Source of the DNA: an uncultured Thermoproteaceae archaeon
Lineage (GTDB): Archaea; Thermoproteota; Thermoprotei; Thermoproteales; Thermocladiaceae
Direction: 5' to 3'
Length of the DNA: 64,000 nt
Assembly: GCA_964575955.1 (NCBI GenBank)
Contig: CAZNTG010000006.1
Span: forward strand, 192,001 to 256,000
How positions within the stretch are numbered: the first letter of the stretch is position 1; the number at the start of each line of letters is the position of its first letter. Below are positions 48,985 through 58,957 of the stretch, piece after piece. The position numbers were made by a program, and so were the translations under genes. Under the pieces are notes generated by a model. It did not search any database. It was given only the letters and a program-made list of their open reading frames with translations, and was not told where the DNA came from.

Positions 48985-50163
48985 TTGGGATCTTACATTG
49001 CTCAGCATTCAGATGTTAAATATGTCAGGATACTGGACACAACGTTGAGAGATGGTGAGCAAACTCCAGGTCTTGCTTTAAAACCTGAAGATAAGCTTAA
49101 GATTGCTCTCCTCTTAGAAGAATTGAATGTTGACTCGATAGAGGCTGGATTTCCAGCAGTTAGTCAAGGTGAGAGAATTGCAATTAAGATGATTACTAGA
49201 GAAGTTTCAAACTCTGAAATTGTAGCACTATGCAGATGTAATAAATCTGACATCGATATGGCTATTGACTGTGATGTAGATGCTGTTCACCTATTCATAG
49301 CAACATCAGACATACATCTGAAATATAAGTTGAAAATTACACGTGAAGAAGCACTTAGAAGAGCTATAGAATCTGTAGAATATGCAAAATCTCATGGGTT
49401 AACAGTAGAGTTCAGCGCTGAAGATTCAACAAGAACAGAATGGTCATGGTTAGCAAAATTCTTTCAAGCAGTTGTAGATGCTGGCGCTGATAGGATAGAT
49501 ATTGCAGATACTGTAGGTGTTATGTGGCCTTCAAAAATGTACTCACTTGTCAAGTACATAATAGAGAATGTTAAAGGAAGATACATACTAAGTGTACATT
49601 GTCATAACGATTTTGGAATGGCAACAGCAAACAGCATAGCAGCAGTTGAAGCAGGAGCAGGACAGGTACATGTGACAATTGCAGGATTAGGTGAGAGAGC
49701 TGGAAATGCACCACTTGAGGAAGTTGTAACAGCACTACACTTCCTACTAAACTACAGGACTAGGATAAGATTTGAAAAATTGAAGGAGGTCTGTGATCGT
49801 GTTTTAGAAATTACAAAATTCACAATATCACCAAACAAGCCTATAATAGGAATAAACGCATTTAGTCATGAATCAGGAATACATGTACATGGAGTTATAG
49901 AAAATCCACAGACATACGAACCAATACCACCAGAACTGATAGGTGCTAGAAGAAGAATTGTACTTGGAAAACATAGTGGAAGACATGCAGTAGAATTCAT
50001 ATTAAAGAGCATGGGAATAGAGCCAAAACCTGACATAGTTGAGAAAGTATTGTTAAAAATAAAAGAGCTTGGAGATCAGGGAGTTAAGATTGAGGATAGT
50101 GATATTAGAAGAATAATTGAGGAAATTCTAAATATTAAGAGTGAAAGAGCATGTCCAACATAG
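48985..50163 (+). CDS. leuA: 2-isopropylmalate synthase family (short form without C-terminal regulatory domain)
   Basis: DTTLRDGEQ, EAGFP, HCHNDFGMA, GERAGNA, HESGIH, LGKHSG. Start taken at TTG 48985, ~25 nt after TTTATAA. Divergent from the ilv operon. Confidence 0.85.
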   Translation: MGSYIAQHSDVKYVRILDTTLRDGEQTPGLALKPEDKLKIALLLEELNVDSIEAGFPAVSQGERIAIKMITREVSNSEIVALCRCNKSDIDMAIDCDVDAVHLFIATSDIHLKYKLKITREEALRRAIESVEYAKSHGLTVEFSAEDSTRTEWSWLAKFFQAVVDAGADRIDIADTVGVMWPSKMYSLVKYIIENVKGRYILSVHCHNDFGMATANSIAAVEAGAGQVHVTIAGLGERAGNAPLEEVVTALHFLLNYRTRIRFEKLKEVCDRVLEITKFTISPNKPIIGINAFSHESGIHVHGVIENPQTYEPIPPELIGARRRIVLGKHSGRHAVEFILKSMGIEPKPDIVEKVLLKIKELGDQGVKIEDSDIRRIIEEILNIKSERACPT

Positions 50164-50636
50164 CAGAACTATTATCAACATGGGTTAAATATGAGAAAAT
50201 TAGAGATAAAACAATTGTAATATGTTCAAAATGTCTTAAAGATAGTGAGGAGTGGAGAGAAATAACTAAGCTAGGAGATATAGTACTACTAGCATGTCCT
50301 GAACAGGAGAAAGATACATACTTTGGAAAGATAGCAACAATAATAAGATGTTCTAAACCTAGAAGAATAATAGTCATAACGAGAGAAGGAAGTCCACATT
50401 GCTACCTACTACATGCAGCAATTAATCAAGCACTATTCATAACTAATGAGAAGATACTTATAGAACACTACGTTGTATATAATAGACAAATATTGAAAAT
50501 TAGTATTGAAGCAGTACAAGTATCTAGATACTTACACATAGTTGAAAAACTCATTAGAAATAATCCACATATAGTAGATGAATTGAGAAGAGTTAGTCTA
50601 GAAGCATCAAAACTATCTAACAAGTCTAATCTCTGA
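50151..50636 (+). CDS. Putative Fe-S/Cys-rich protein
   Basis: CSKC, LLACPE and GSPHC conserved-Cys pattern. Confidence 0.65.
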   Translation: MSNIAELLSTWVKYEKIRDKTIVICSKCLKDSEEWREITKLGDIVLLACPEQEKDTYFGKIATIIRCSKPRRIIVITREGSPHCYLLHAAINQALFITNEKILIEHYVVYNRQILKISIEAVQVSRYLHIVEKLIRNNPHIVDELRRVSLEASKLSNKSNL

Positions 50637-51680
50637 AATATAAGATGTGTATAGACCTCTCCTAGACGTAATTGTGAGATAGTAACATCCATTCTTTCTA
50701 ATTTTAAACTTTGGTTTAAACTGTATCACTATAACCTCATATTCACCAGGTTTAACAGTACTAGTATATGTATACTTCACAGTTACATACTTATAATATT
50801 TAGAAACTATAAATTTTGGAATTATCCTGTATACAGTATCGTTAATTCTATAAACTATATCTTTTAATGAAAATGTTACATCTTTAAAATCGAATGGTGT
50901 TAATATCAACGGTGTAGAGGATAATGTACCAAGAAATGTTGTTAACCTATATCTCAAAACTTCTAAATTATCTAAATAACTTGTGAAGATAAGATTGTTT
51001 GTAAGTATGCTACTTCTAGTAAATGTTGCAGATATGTTATATGTATGTACTCCACTTCCTACATTAAGTGTTGAAATGTCTAGTATAACTCCCTGACCTG
51101 TAGCTGTCACACCATATACCATGAATATAGCGTTTATTTGACCTGTGTTAACTACGTCCAGTATTATGCATAGGTAATCAAATATTTGAATTGTGTAACC
51201 TGTAATTACTATAATATTAGAGAGACATATATATGACAGCGTGTAGCCATTAGAACTCATAGATATGATTTTGAGACTATTTATCTGAATGCTAGCATTA
51301 ACTCCATAAAGAACTGCAGATATTACTTGTCTTGTAGAATTTAAGACTAGAGTTCTATTATACATAACTTCTCTCCTCCTTACTATCACTGTCTCATTCT
51401 TTGGACACTCTAGAACCTGTAGGACAGCCCCATTACAATCATGTATTATTATGGACTCTAAAGTTACATTTTGAGAACCCATGTTTAGAACTTTCAGGTA
51501 TAGTCTAGCCCTTCCACTAGATGTGTTGTACTCTAATTCTGAATTTATTTGTAATGGTTGAATCTGTGGTACACTATTGTCTAGTGAGGACTGTTGACTT
51601 GACATTATGAACATGTATATGAATATTGAAGCTATAGCAATTATACATATGAGTACTATGGTGGCGGCTATATTCACCAT
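50613..51680 (-). CDS. Pilin/archaellin-like N-terminal anchored surface protein
   Basis: N-terminal IAATIVLICIIAIAS helix, LKVLNMGS...LESI, and C-terminal VKPGE...Y-x-LTITSRRG, resembling archaeal pilin domains. Confidence 0.6.
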   Translation of the reverse strand: MVNIAATIVLICIIAIASIFIYMFIMSSQQSSLDNSVPQIQPLQINSELEYNTSSGRARLYLKVLNMGSQNVTLESIIIHDCNGAVLQVLECPKNETVIVRRREVMYNRTLVLNSTRQVISAVLYGVNASIQINSLKIISMSSNGYTLSYICLSNIIVITGYTIQIFDYLCIILDVVNTGQINAIFMVYGVTATGQGVILDISTLNVGSGVHTYNISATFTRSSILTNNLIFTSYLDNLEVLRYRLTTFLGTLSSTPLILTPFDFKDVTFSLKDIVYRINDTVYRIIPKFIVSKYYKYVTVKYTYTSTVKPGEYEVIVIQFKPKFKIRKNGCYYLTITSRRGLYTSYISEIRLVR

Positions 51681-51769
51681 AGCTTGACTCGTCAGGATAC
51701 ATACTATTCTACATTTTTAAACACTTTCTCAGTAGTAATATATTATAAGGTGTTTTCATACTAAGATTT

Positions 51770-52747
51770 GTGTCGAGTATAAAACTATACAAGTCTATTA
51801 AGGAACTTCCTCGTGAAGAGAAGTTTGCTCCAGGTCATGCAATGTGTGCTGGTTGTGGTGCTGCGATTGCCATGAGATGGCTTAATAAGGTTGTATCTGA
51901 CAATACTATATTTGTAATAGCTACTGGATGTGTTGAAGTTACAACAACAGCATGTCCATACACAGCATGGTTAAGACCTTGCATACATGTAGCATTTGAA
52001 AATGCTGCTGCAGTAGCTTCAGGAATTGAAGCAGCCATAAAAGTTCTTAAGAGAAAGGGAATGTTGAATAAGGATATTAAAGTTGTAGCAATTGCAGGTG
52101 ATGGAGGAACTGTAGATATTGGACTACAAGCACTCAGCGGAATGCTTGAACGTGGACATAACGTAATGTATGTACTATACGACAATGAGGCATACATGAA
52201 CACTGGTATTCAGAGAAGTGGTGCAACACCATTTAGAGCATGGACAACAACAACACCTGTAGGTAGAGTATTGAAAGGAAAATTACAACATAAGAAGGAT
52301 ATTGATGGAATAGTTATGGCACACAGACCTAGATATATGGCAACAACAACAATAGCATACATACTAGACATGGTTAACAAATTCAAAAAAGCTTACGAAT
52401 ACTCAAGTGAAGGACCAACATTCGTACATGTACTATGTCCATGTGTTCCAGGTTGGAGAATAGATCCACACATGACTGTAAAATTATCAAGACTTGCAGT
52501 AGAGACAGGAATGTGGATAAACTATGAAGTAGAGGATGGTAAGTTTAGAGTAACTACAAGAGTACCAAAAAGAAAACCAGTCTCAGAATACTTAAGACCG
52601 CAAGGAAGATTTAGACATCTAACAGATGAAGATATACAAATAATACAGAAGTATGTTGATGAACAGGTAGAGAAGATAAATAGAATGGTTGGAGAAACAG
52701 TGATAGGACCTGTAGTTATCGAGAAGAAATCAGAAGAAAAAGAATAA
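51770..52747 (+). CDS. porB: Pyruvate/2-oxoacid:ferredoxin oxidoreductase beta subunit
   Basis: PGHAMCAGCG, ATGC, AFENAAA, GDGGT-DIG, DNEAYMNTGIQRS, PC-PGW, QGRF-HL. Confidence 0.95.
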   Translation: MSSIKLYKSIKELPREEKFAPGHAMCAGCGAAIAMRWLNKVVSDNTIFVIATGCVEVTTTACPYTAWLRPCIHVAFENAAAVASGIEAAIKVLKRKGMLNKDIKVVAIAGDGGTVDIGLQALSGMLERGHNVMYVLYDNEAYMNTGIQRSGATPFRAWTTTTPVGRVLKGKLQHKKDIDGIVMAHRPRYMATTTIAYILDMVNKFKKAYEYSSEGPTFVHVLCPCVPGWRIDPHMTVKLSRLAVETGMWINYEVEDGKFRVTTRVPKRKPVSEYLRPQGRFRHLTDEDIQIIQKYVDEQVEKINRMVGETVIGPVVIEKKSEEKE

Positions 52748-52771
52748 ATACAGAAACGATATGGAAAATAT

Positions 52772-52838
52772 GAGGGACCTCGGAGACGCCCGTGCAGCCC
52801 ACGGGTGCATGATCCCGAGGTCCTCCGGAGCGGCTACA
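52772..52838 (+). ncRNA. K-turn hairpin RNA, H/ACA-like pseudouridylation guide
   Basis: GC-rich hairpin. Apical 8-bp stem CGCCCGTG/CACGGGTG, 3-nt bulge CAT, tandem G-A pairs, lower stem GAGGGACCTCGG/CCCGAGGTCCTC, ACA at 52836-52838. Confidence 0.7.
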
Positions 52839-52858
52839 ATACTTAGAAATTTCAACAA

Positions 52859-52906
52859 ATGATGATATAGGCCCGACAGACTAATGAAGAGGCTATACTA
52901 AACTGA
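52859..52906 (+). ncRNA. Box C/D methylation guide sRNA
   Basis: C ATGATGA, guide TATAGGCCCGA, D' CAGA, C' ATGAAGA, guide GGCTATACTAAA, D CTGA. Confidence 0.88.
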
Positions 52907-52912
52907 GACTTA

Positions 52913-53518
52913 ATGGAGAAAGTATTTACCTGTCTAAGATGTGCAAAATGTTGTCTTTCAAATCTTCTAATACCATTAACATTACAAGATTTCTATAATT
53001 GGTTTTCAAATAGATGTTATCTACCAATAATACTAACAGTTAGAGAATGTAATGAATATACAGATCTTGCAAATATAGACTGGGTATATACCTTAATATC
53101 GAGTAGACACGACACATATATGAAAGTTAGAGAGATACTTAATAGATATGGTATAAAACTTCCAAAACATGGTTGTTCTCTACTAAACGATAGATATATG
53201 ACATGTAGAGTATATAACTTGAGACCTCTAATATGTAGAATATTTCCATTCGATATAGATTTAAAGATCTCTGACTGGGCTTTAAATAATTGTGAAGCTA
53301 TTAAGAGAGGTTTTATAAAACCTCCGGAGAGCTATAGAGATATTGCTATTGAATATTCTAAAAATGTTGAATATACATATAGTAGAGTTGAAAATGTTGA
53401 GAAGATTGAGAAAATTAGACTGTACGTATTTGAAAATTTTATTAAAAGAATTGTAAAGGATAGATATGACTTAGAAACTTTAAGATATATACTATTCAAC
53501 ATAGTTGAATATGGTTAA
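52913..53518 (+). CDS. YkgJ-family cysteine-cluster protein
   Basis: CLRCAKCC...CSLL...CRVY-x-x-RP-x-x-CR-x-FPF...C. Confidence 0.88.
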   Translation: MEKVFTCLRCAKCCLSNLLIPLTLQDFYNWFSNRCYLPIILTVRECNEYTDLANIDWVYTLISSRHDTYMKVREILNRYGIKLPKHGCSLLNDRYMTCRVYNLRPLICRIFPFDIDLKISDWALNNCEAIKRGFIKPPESYRDIAIEYSKNVEYTYSRVENVEKIEKIRLYVFENFIKRIVKDRYDLETLRYILFNIVEYG

Positions 53519-53771
53519 GAAAGCTACATGGAGAAAATTTAGAGAATTTAGAATTGGTAGATATAGGATAGTCCTATATAGGGAAAGAGAGAATGCATCA
53601 ATATTTAGGATAGAGACTCTAGATAGCATTACAGGTACCTACTGCGGTGATATTTATACACATTTTAATGATGAATTAACAATAATATCAACAACAGGAT
53701 CTTTAACTAGTAATGAAATTTTAAAAATTGTATCAATTATAGAAGATTATCTTCAGAAAATGAGAGAGTAG
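53505..53771 (+). CDS. Hypothetical protein
   Basis: Overlaps the upstream gene in operon style. Confidence 0.65.
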   Translation: MNMVKKATWRKFREFRIGRYRIVLYRERENASIFRIETLDSITGTYCGDIYTHFNDELTIISTTGSLTSNEILKIVSIIEDYLQKMRE

Positions 53772-54566
53772 TCATGTTCCTACATTTATATAGTTTTCCT
53801 CAACTAATTGCTTTAGTGTGAATATAGTTGAAAATACGGCTATATAGCTTGTTCTCGGATTCCATGGTGATGGCATGTTTTTCAATATAATTTTTACATT
53901 TGAAATTTTTGAAATTATCTCAATTTCATGAATATTTTCACTAACATCAGGATCTGCAATAACTTCAACTTCTGGTTCAATATTTGTTACTATTGCTATA
54001 CTTGCAACAATATTTACATTAAGTGGAAACTTCTTAACAGCTTCACTTGCAGGTCCTCTATAAATCACTTCTGGTTTATCTATCTTTCCTGTGATTGGTA
54101 GTGCTTTCACAGGTTTTCTAGTTCTCACAATAATCTTCTCGATACCTACTACAGAGAGTGCCTTAAGACCATCAAAGCCACAGATAGCACCTGAAGGAAT
54201 GTATATTTTACCACCATACTTCTTACATAACTCTATCAATCTCTCTCTAAAATCTTTATCAATTAGTGCACCTGAACTTAAAATTATGAATATCTTTCCA
54301 CGAGATAATACTTTATCTGCATATTCTCTAACAGCTTCAGGACTTGCAACTTCAAGTACAATGTCTGGATCTGTATCTAATAATTCGTCAATACTGTTAC
54401 AAATCTTGACATTAGTAATACCGTATTCATATACTATTTTTCTACATTTCTCTAAATCTCTATCCATTAGAGAAACTATTTCAACATTATTTATAATACC
54501 TCTACAGATTGCTTCTACAACACCTCTACATATAGCTCCACATCCAATAATTGCTAATTTCTTCAT
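53772..54566 (-). CDS. nadX: L-aspartate dehydrogenase
   Basis: IGCGAI, PSGAICGFD, RKP, FPLNVNI, NIHEI, NPRTS; operon with nadAC. Confidence 0.93.
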   Translation of the reverse strand: MKKLAIIGCGAICRGVVEAICRGIINNVEIVSLMDRDLEKCRKIVYEYGITNVKICNSIDELLDTDPDIVLEVASPEAVREYADKVLSRGKIFIILSSGALIDKDFRERLIELCKKYGGKIYIPSGAICGFDGLKALSVVGIEKIIVRTRKPVKALPITGKIDKPEVIYRGPASEAVKKFPLNVNIVASIAIVTNIEPEVEVIADPDVSENIHEIEIISKISNVKIILKNMPSPWNPRTSYIAVFSTIFTLKQLVEENYINVGT

Positions 54567-54568
54567 AG

Positions 54569-55408
54569 CTACTCTACCTCTAAACTCATATCTACAATTT
54601 CTGGTCTCATAGTTATGTAGCTAGTACTGATTATGTCTGGTCCTGCTTTAGCATATTCTACGATATTGTCTGGATTTATACCACCACTAACTTCAATAAT
54701 TACCTTATCTCTAAAACCTTCAACTTCTAATAACTTGACAGTCTTCTCAACTTCTTCAGGAGTAACATTATCTAACATAATGATATCAGCACCTGCTTTA
54801 GCAGCTTCAAGTGCATCATGTGCATTCGATACTTCAACTTCAACTTTATGAATAAAACTTACACCTCTCTTAGCAATCTCTACAGCCTTTCTAACACTTC
54901 CAATCAACTTGATATGATTATCTTTTATTAAAACTGCATCACTTAAAGAAAATCTATGAGTATCACCACCACCAATCTTCACAGCTTTTTTAACGAGATA
55001 TCTAAGACCGGGTAATATCTTTCTTGTAGCTGCAACTCTAACATTAGGATTAACACTTCTAACAAGTTCAACAAGTCTTCTTGTTGTTGTCGCAACACCA
55101 GATAAGTACATTAGTAAGTTGAGGATCGTTCTCTCTACTAGTAGAATTTTGTGTAGAGATCCTCTCAATCTTGCGATAACACTACCCTTAGAGATAGTTT
55201 TGCCACTATGTATATATACTTCACATTTAATTCCAAACTTTTCCAATACTTCACATATATCTTCAATACATGCAATTAAGCCTTCTGATTTAGATATTAT
55301 TAATGCAGATATGTCTCTACTATCATTTTTAAATAATATCTCTGTCGTATAGTCTCCAAATGGTGAATCTTCCTTAATCCATCTATAGAAATCTTCTAGA
55401 TTAATCAT
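54569..55408 (-). CDS. nadC: Quinolinate phosphoribosyltransferase
   Basis: ED-x-x-x-GD-x-TT, ER-x-x-LN, ATRK, HR, LIKDNH, EVEV, IMLDN, SGGI. Confidence 0.95.
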   Translation of the reverse strand: MINLEDFYRWIKEDSPFGDYTTEILFKNDSRDISALIISKSEGLIACIEDICEVLEKFGIKCEVYIHSGKTISKGSVIARLRGSLHKILLVERTILNLLMYLSGVATTTRRLVELVRSVNPNVRVAATRKILPGLRYLVKKAVKIGGGDTHRFSLSDAVLIKDNHIKLIGSVRKAVEIAKRGVSFIHKVEVEVSNAHDALEAAKAGADIIMLDNVTPEEVEKTVKLLEVEGFRDKVIIEVSGGINPDNIVEYAKAGPDIISTSYITMRPEIVDMSLEVE

Positions 55409-55409
55409 A

Positions 55410-56336
55410 TTAGCTTCTCATAAGTTCTATACTTCTCTCAATAATATCTTTAACTTTTTTAATCTTTTCAATATCTATAACAACTCTATACTTCATATTT
55501 TCAAGACTCTTTAATATGTTTAATAGATTTATCTTCTTCATATCGATACATACAGCTAGCGGATTTGCTGGATATATCTTATAGTCTGTATATAGTTTTC
55601 TAGCTCTATATGTTAATCCTTCTTCTGTTGCTAATATTATTGGCTTATCTTTATCTAAATTTTTAATAATTTTCAACATCTGACTTGTACTTCCAATATA
55701 GTTTGAAATTTTTCTAACACATCTAGGTACTTCAGGATGTGATATCAATATAGCATCTCTATACTGTTCTAAGCACCTTCTAATATAGTATATTGACAAT
55801 GCATATTCATGAACTGGACAATGACCATATGGAGGTACTGTAATTATCTCTTTACCTGTCTTCTCTCTAACATAATCTGCAAGATTTTTATCAGGACCAA
55901 ACATCACAACATCATCTTCAAGTTTTTCAATTAATCTAACAGCACCTGCACTTGTAACTACATAATCTGCATATACTTTAGAATCTAGTAGTGAGTTTAC
56001 GTATAGTACAAGTGGTGCTCTTGGATATCTAGATTTGTATTCTCTAGCTTGATGTGGAGGTAAGTATTCAGCTAGTGGACATGTTGCTGATGGTTCAGGA
56101 TGTAGAACTACCTTATCTGGATTGAGTACTGCAGCCATCTCAGCCATAAATGAAACTCCAGCAAAAACTATGACATCTGCATCACTTTCTAAAGCTTTTA
56201 TTGCAAGTTCTAGACTATCACCAACATAATCTGCAACATCTTGCACTTCAGGTATCTGGTAGTTATGTGCTAATATGATAGCTCTCCTCTCCTTCTTCAA
56301 TTTCTCAATTTTCAATTTAAGCTCTTCAATAATCAT
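55410..56336 (-). CDS. nadA: Quinolinate synthase A
   Basis: LAHNYQ, GDSLEL, FMAE, CPLA, YVNS, CPVH, HPE, GSTS, C-x-x-MK. Confidence 0.95.
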   Translation of the reverse strand: MIIEELKLKIEKLKKERRAIILAHNYQIPEVQDVADYVGDSLELAIKALESDADVIVFAGVSFMAEMAAVLNPDKVVLHPEPSATCPLAEYLPPHQAREYKSRYPRAPLVLYVNSLLDSKVYADYVVTSAGAVRLIEKLEDDVVMFGPDKNLADYVREKTGKEIITVPPYGHCPVHEYALSIYYIRRCLEQYRDAILISHPEVPRCVRKISNYIGSTSQMLKIIKNLDKDKPIILATEEGLTYRARKLYTDYKIYPANPLAVCIDMKKINLLNILKSLENMKYRVVIDIEKIKKVKDIIERSIELMRS

Positions 56337-56782
56337 GCTCTACACTCACAATCTACAAGACCTGCTAATTTCAAGATTCTACATGCTAATAATGCAGCAT
56401 TTACAGGATTATCAATACCAACAACAGCTACAGGAACACCTCTAGGCATTTGAACCATACTTAGAAGTGCGTCAAGACCCATTAATGATACTGAGAGTGG
56501 AACTCCAATAACAGGCTTTTCAGTTCTAGACGCTATAAATCCAGGTAATGCAGCTGAAAGACCAGCCATAGCTATGAAAATCTTAACATCACTCTCACGA
56601 ACATATTTATCAAGCTCTTCAGGATTTCTATGAGCACTAAGTACATGTATCTCATATGGAATATTCAACTTCTTCAACACATCAGCAGCTTTTCTAGCAT
56701 GTTCAAGATCTCTCTCACTACCAACAACTATAGCTACCAGCGGTTTATCACCAAACTTCTCGATAAGAACCATATTAAACAC
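56333..56782 (-). CDS. purE: N5-CAIR mutase
   Basis: GS-x-x-[31 protein letters not shown]. Confidence 0.95.
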   Translation of the reverse strand: MFNMVLIEKFGDKPLVAIVVGSERDLEHARKAADVLKKLNIPYEIHVLSAHRNPEELDKYVRESDVKIFIAMAGLSAALPGFIASRTEKPVIGVPLSVSLMGLDALLSMVQMPRGVPVAVVGIDNPVNAALLACRILKLAGLVDCECRA

Positions 56783-57511
56783 CTAAATCTTGCTTAACTT
56801 TATTGGCTTAATCTCAATACCTAAGATATTCATTAACTTCCTATAATTTCTAACTAGAACTTCAGGACTTGCACCTCTCCTATAACATTCCTTGTCAAGA
56901 TGATTACCTGAAGAGTCAATAACTCTAAATGTATCACCACTAATCTCATCTATCAAAATTATACTATCTCCTCTTCTACCAAACTCTAACTTCATATCAA
57001 TAAACTTCAAACCTCTACCTTCAAAAAGTCTAGATAATATTTCATTAACCTTAAGTGCAACACTCTTAACATATTCCAACTCGTCTCTTGATAGTAATCT
57101 AGATTCAATAATATCGTCTTCAAGTATTAAAGGATCGTGAAGTTTATCAGACTTATAATGAAATTCTACTATAGGTTTCTCAAATTTTTGTAATGGTTTA
57201 AGAAGTGGCATTCTCTTAAGTTGTGATCCATATGCATAATTTCTAACAATAACTTCGATAGGTATTAGCTCTGTCTTCAAAACTTTCAATCTTCTATCAC
57301 CATCATACTCTACAAAGTGTGTATTAATACCATTATCTTCAAGATACTTAAAAAACCATGCACTCATAGCTGCTGCAAGTCTACCCTTTTCAGGAGCTTG
57401 ATCTCTTTTAGCACCATCAAATGCTGTCAACTCATCTTTAAACTCCAAAATCAAGAAGTCATTATCAACTTCATACACATTCTTAGCCTTACCACTATAT
57501 ACTAACTTCAT
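56783..57511 (-). CDS. purC: SAICAR synthetase
   Basis: YSGKAK, FKD-x-x-TAFD, PIEVIVRN, DMKLEFG, DEISGD, DK; start at ATG 57511. Confidence 0.95.
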   Translation of the reverse strand: MKLVYSGKAKNVYEVDNDFLILEFKDELTAFDGAKRDQAPEKGRLAAAMSAWFFKYLEDNGINTHFVEYDGDRRLKVLKTELIPIEVIVRNYAYGSQLKRMPLLKPLQKFEKPIVEFHYKSDKLHDPLILEDDIIESRLLSRDELEYVKSVALKVNEILSRLFEGRGLKFIDMKLEFGRRGDSIILIDEISGDTFRVIDSSGNHLDKECYRRGASPEVLVRNYRKLMNILGIEIKPIKLSKI

Positions 57512-57645
57512 GCAGAAAGTCCATGAAATTAAACATTTAAACATTTCACTAAGTAGATACTACACCTCAAGACTTAATATTTAACAAATCATTTAAATGG
57601 TTTTTGAAAGTAATAGTTATACTTAGAATCATAGTGATGATGTAA

Positions 57646-58452
57646 GTGAAGATTGAAGATGTTAAAGTACTCATAGTTAGAGCACCTGGAACAAATTGTG
57701 ATTATGAGACTGCACAAGCATTTAAGGATTTGGGAACTAGAGTCGAAATTGTTCCAATATACAGGATATTTAATAGAAATGTCAAGATATTAGACTACGA
57801 TATCTTAGTCTTTCCAGGAGGATTTAGTTATGGAGATTTTATTAGAGCAGGAGCAGTACTCGGCAAGAAGTTAATAGCAAAAATTGAGAAAGATATTAAA
57901 GAATTTATAAAAGATGGAAGACCAATATTAGGAATATGTAATGGTTTTCAAATACTTGTAGAAGCTGGTCTAATACCTGGAATTGAAAATGTTAAAATTG
58001 CATTAACTACAAATCTAAGTTTAAGATATGAATGTAGATGGACAATATTAAAATTTGAAAATAATAGATCAATACTCTCAAATTATATAAACATTGGAGA
58101 GATGTTGAAAATACCAATAGGTCATGGAGAAGGAAGACTTATTGTAAGTTCTGAAAAAGACCTTAAAGAACTTATAGATAATAACTTGATAGTTTTCAGA
58201 TATGTAAAGCCTAATGGTGAATATGCTAATGGTGAATATCCATGGAATCCTAATGGTTCTATATACGACATAGCTGGACTATGCAATATCTATGGTAATG
58301 TTATTGGAATGATGCCACATCCTGAGAGAGCATTCTATAGATGGCAATTTCCAGACTGGACCAGAGATAGAGGTAAAATATATATTGAAGTGTATGGAGA
58401 TGGTTATAAGATAATTAAGGGAATTATAGATTATGTATGTTCAAAATTTTGA
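57646..58452 (+). CDS. purQ: FGAM synthase glutaminase subunit
   Basis: PGTNCD, PGGFSYGD, GICNGFQ, HGEG, NPNGS, MMPHPER. Confidence 0.96.
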   Translation: MKIEDVKVLIVRAPGTNCDYETAQAFKDLGTRVEIVPIYRIFNRNVKILDYDILVFPGGFSYGDFIRAGAVLGKKLIAKIEKDIKEFIKDGRPILGICNGFQILVEAGLIPGIENVKIALTTNLSLRYECRWTILKFENNRSILSNYINIGEMLKIPIGHGEGRLIVSSEKDLKELIDNNLIVFRYVKPNGEYANGEYPWNPNGSIYDIAGLCNIYGNVIGMMPHPERAFYRWQFPDWTRDRGKIYIEVYGDGYKIIKGIIDYVCSKF

Positions 58453-58957
58453 AAATTATATACTTAATATCTAACAATCTATCTCTCATAAATCTACGCA
58501 GATATAGTGGATGATAATGTTTTACAACAGGTATACCAACATTCAACTCTTCTACACTTCTCCAAGCTACTTTACCTAGAGCAATCAGATACTCAGGATT
58601 TAGAACATCTATCTCAATCTTTAAAATTTTCAAACATTTTCTTCTCATTCTCTCAATATATGACTTATCTATAGGTCTACACTTAACAGCTGTTGTCCAA
58701 AATATTCTTAATTTCTTTAATAGACTTGGTATTAGATTATCATCAATATTAAATATTTGAGATAGAGTACTTCTAAGTCTATCCTTCCTATTTAAGTTAT
58801 ATATAAAATCTTCCTTATCTCCAGGAGGTGGTGATTCACTTATAATCAATATCTTCACTCTATCTGGCAGGTATTTTCTATATACTTCAAACTTTACATA
58901 TGGCTTATCTACTACTCTACATTCTTCACATCTCTCTATTAAGTCTTCAATAATCAT
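58424..58957 (-). CDS. Uracil-DNA glycosylase superfamily protein
   Basis: CEEC, ISESPP, AVKCRP, ALGKVA, YHP. Confidence 0.85.
   Translation of the reverse strand: MIIEDLIERCEECRVVDKPYVKFEVYRKYLPDRVKILIISESPPPGDKEDFIYNLNRKDRLRSTLSQIFNIDDNLIPSLLKKLRIFWTTAVKCRPIDKSYIERMRRKCLKILKIEIDVLNPEYLIALGKVAWRSVEELNVGIPVVKHYHPLYLRRFMRDRLLDIKYIIFKILNIHNL

Noticed and set aside
57634-57690. GTGATGA C-box-like motif upstream of purQ
   Set aside because: No correctly spaced D'/C'/D boxes or GC-rich guides; better explained as the RBS region.
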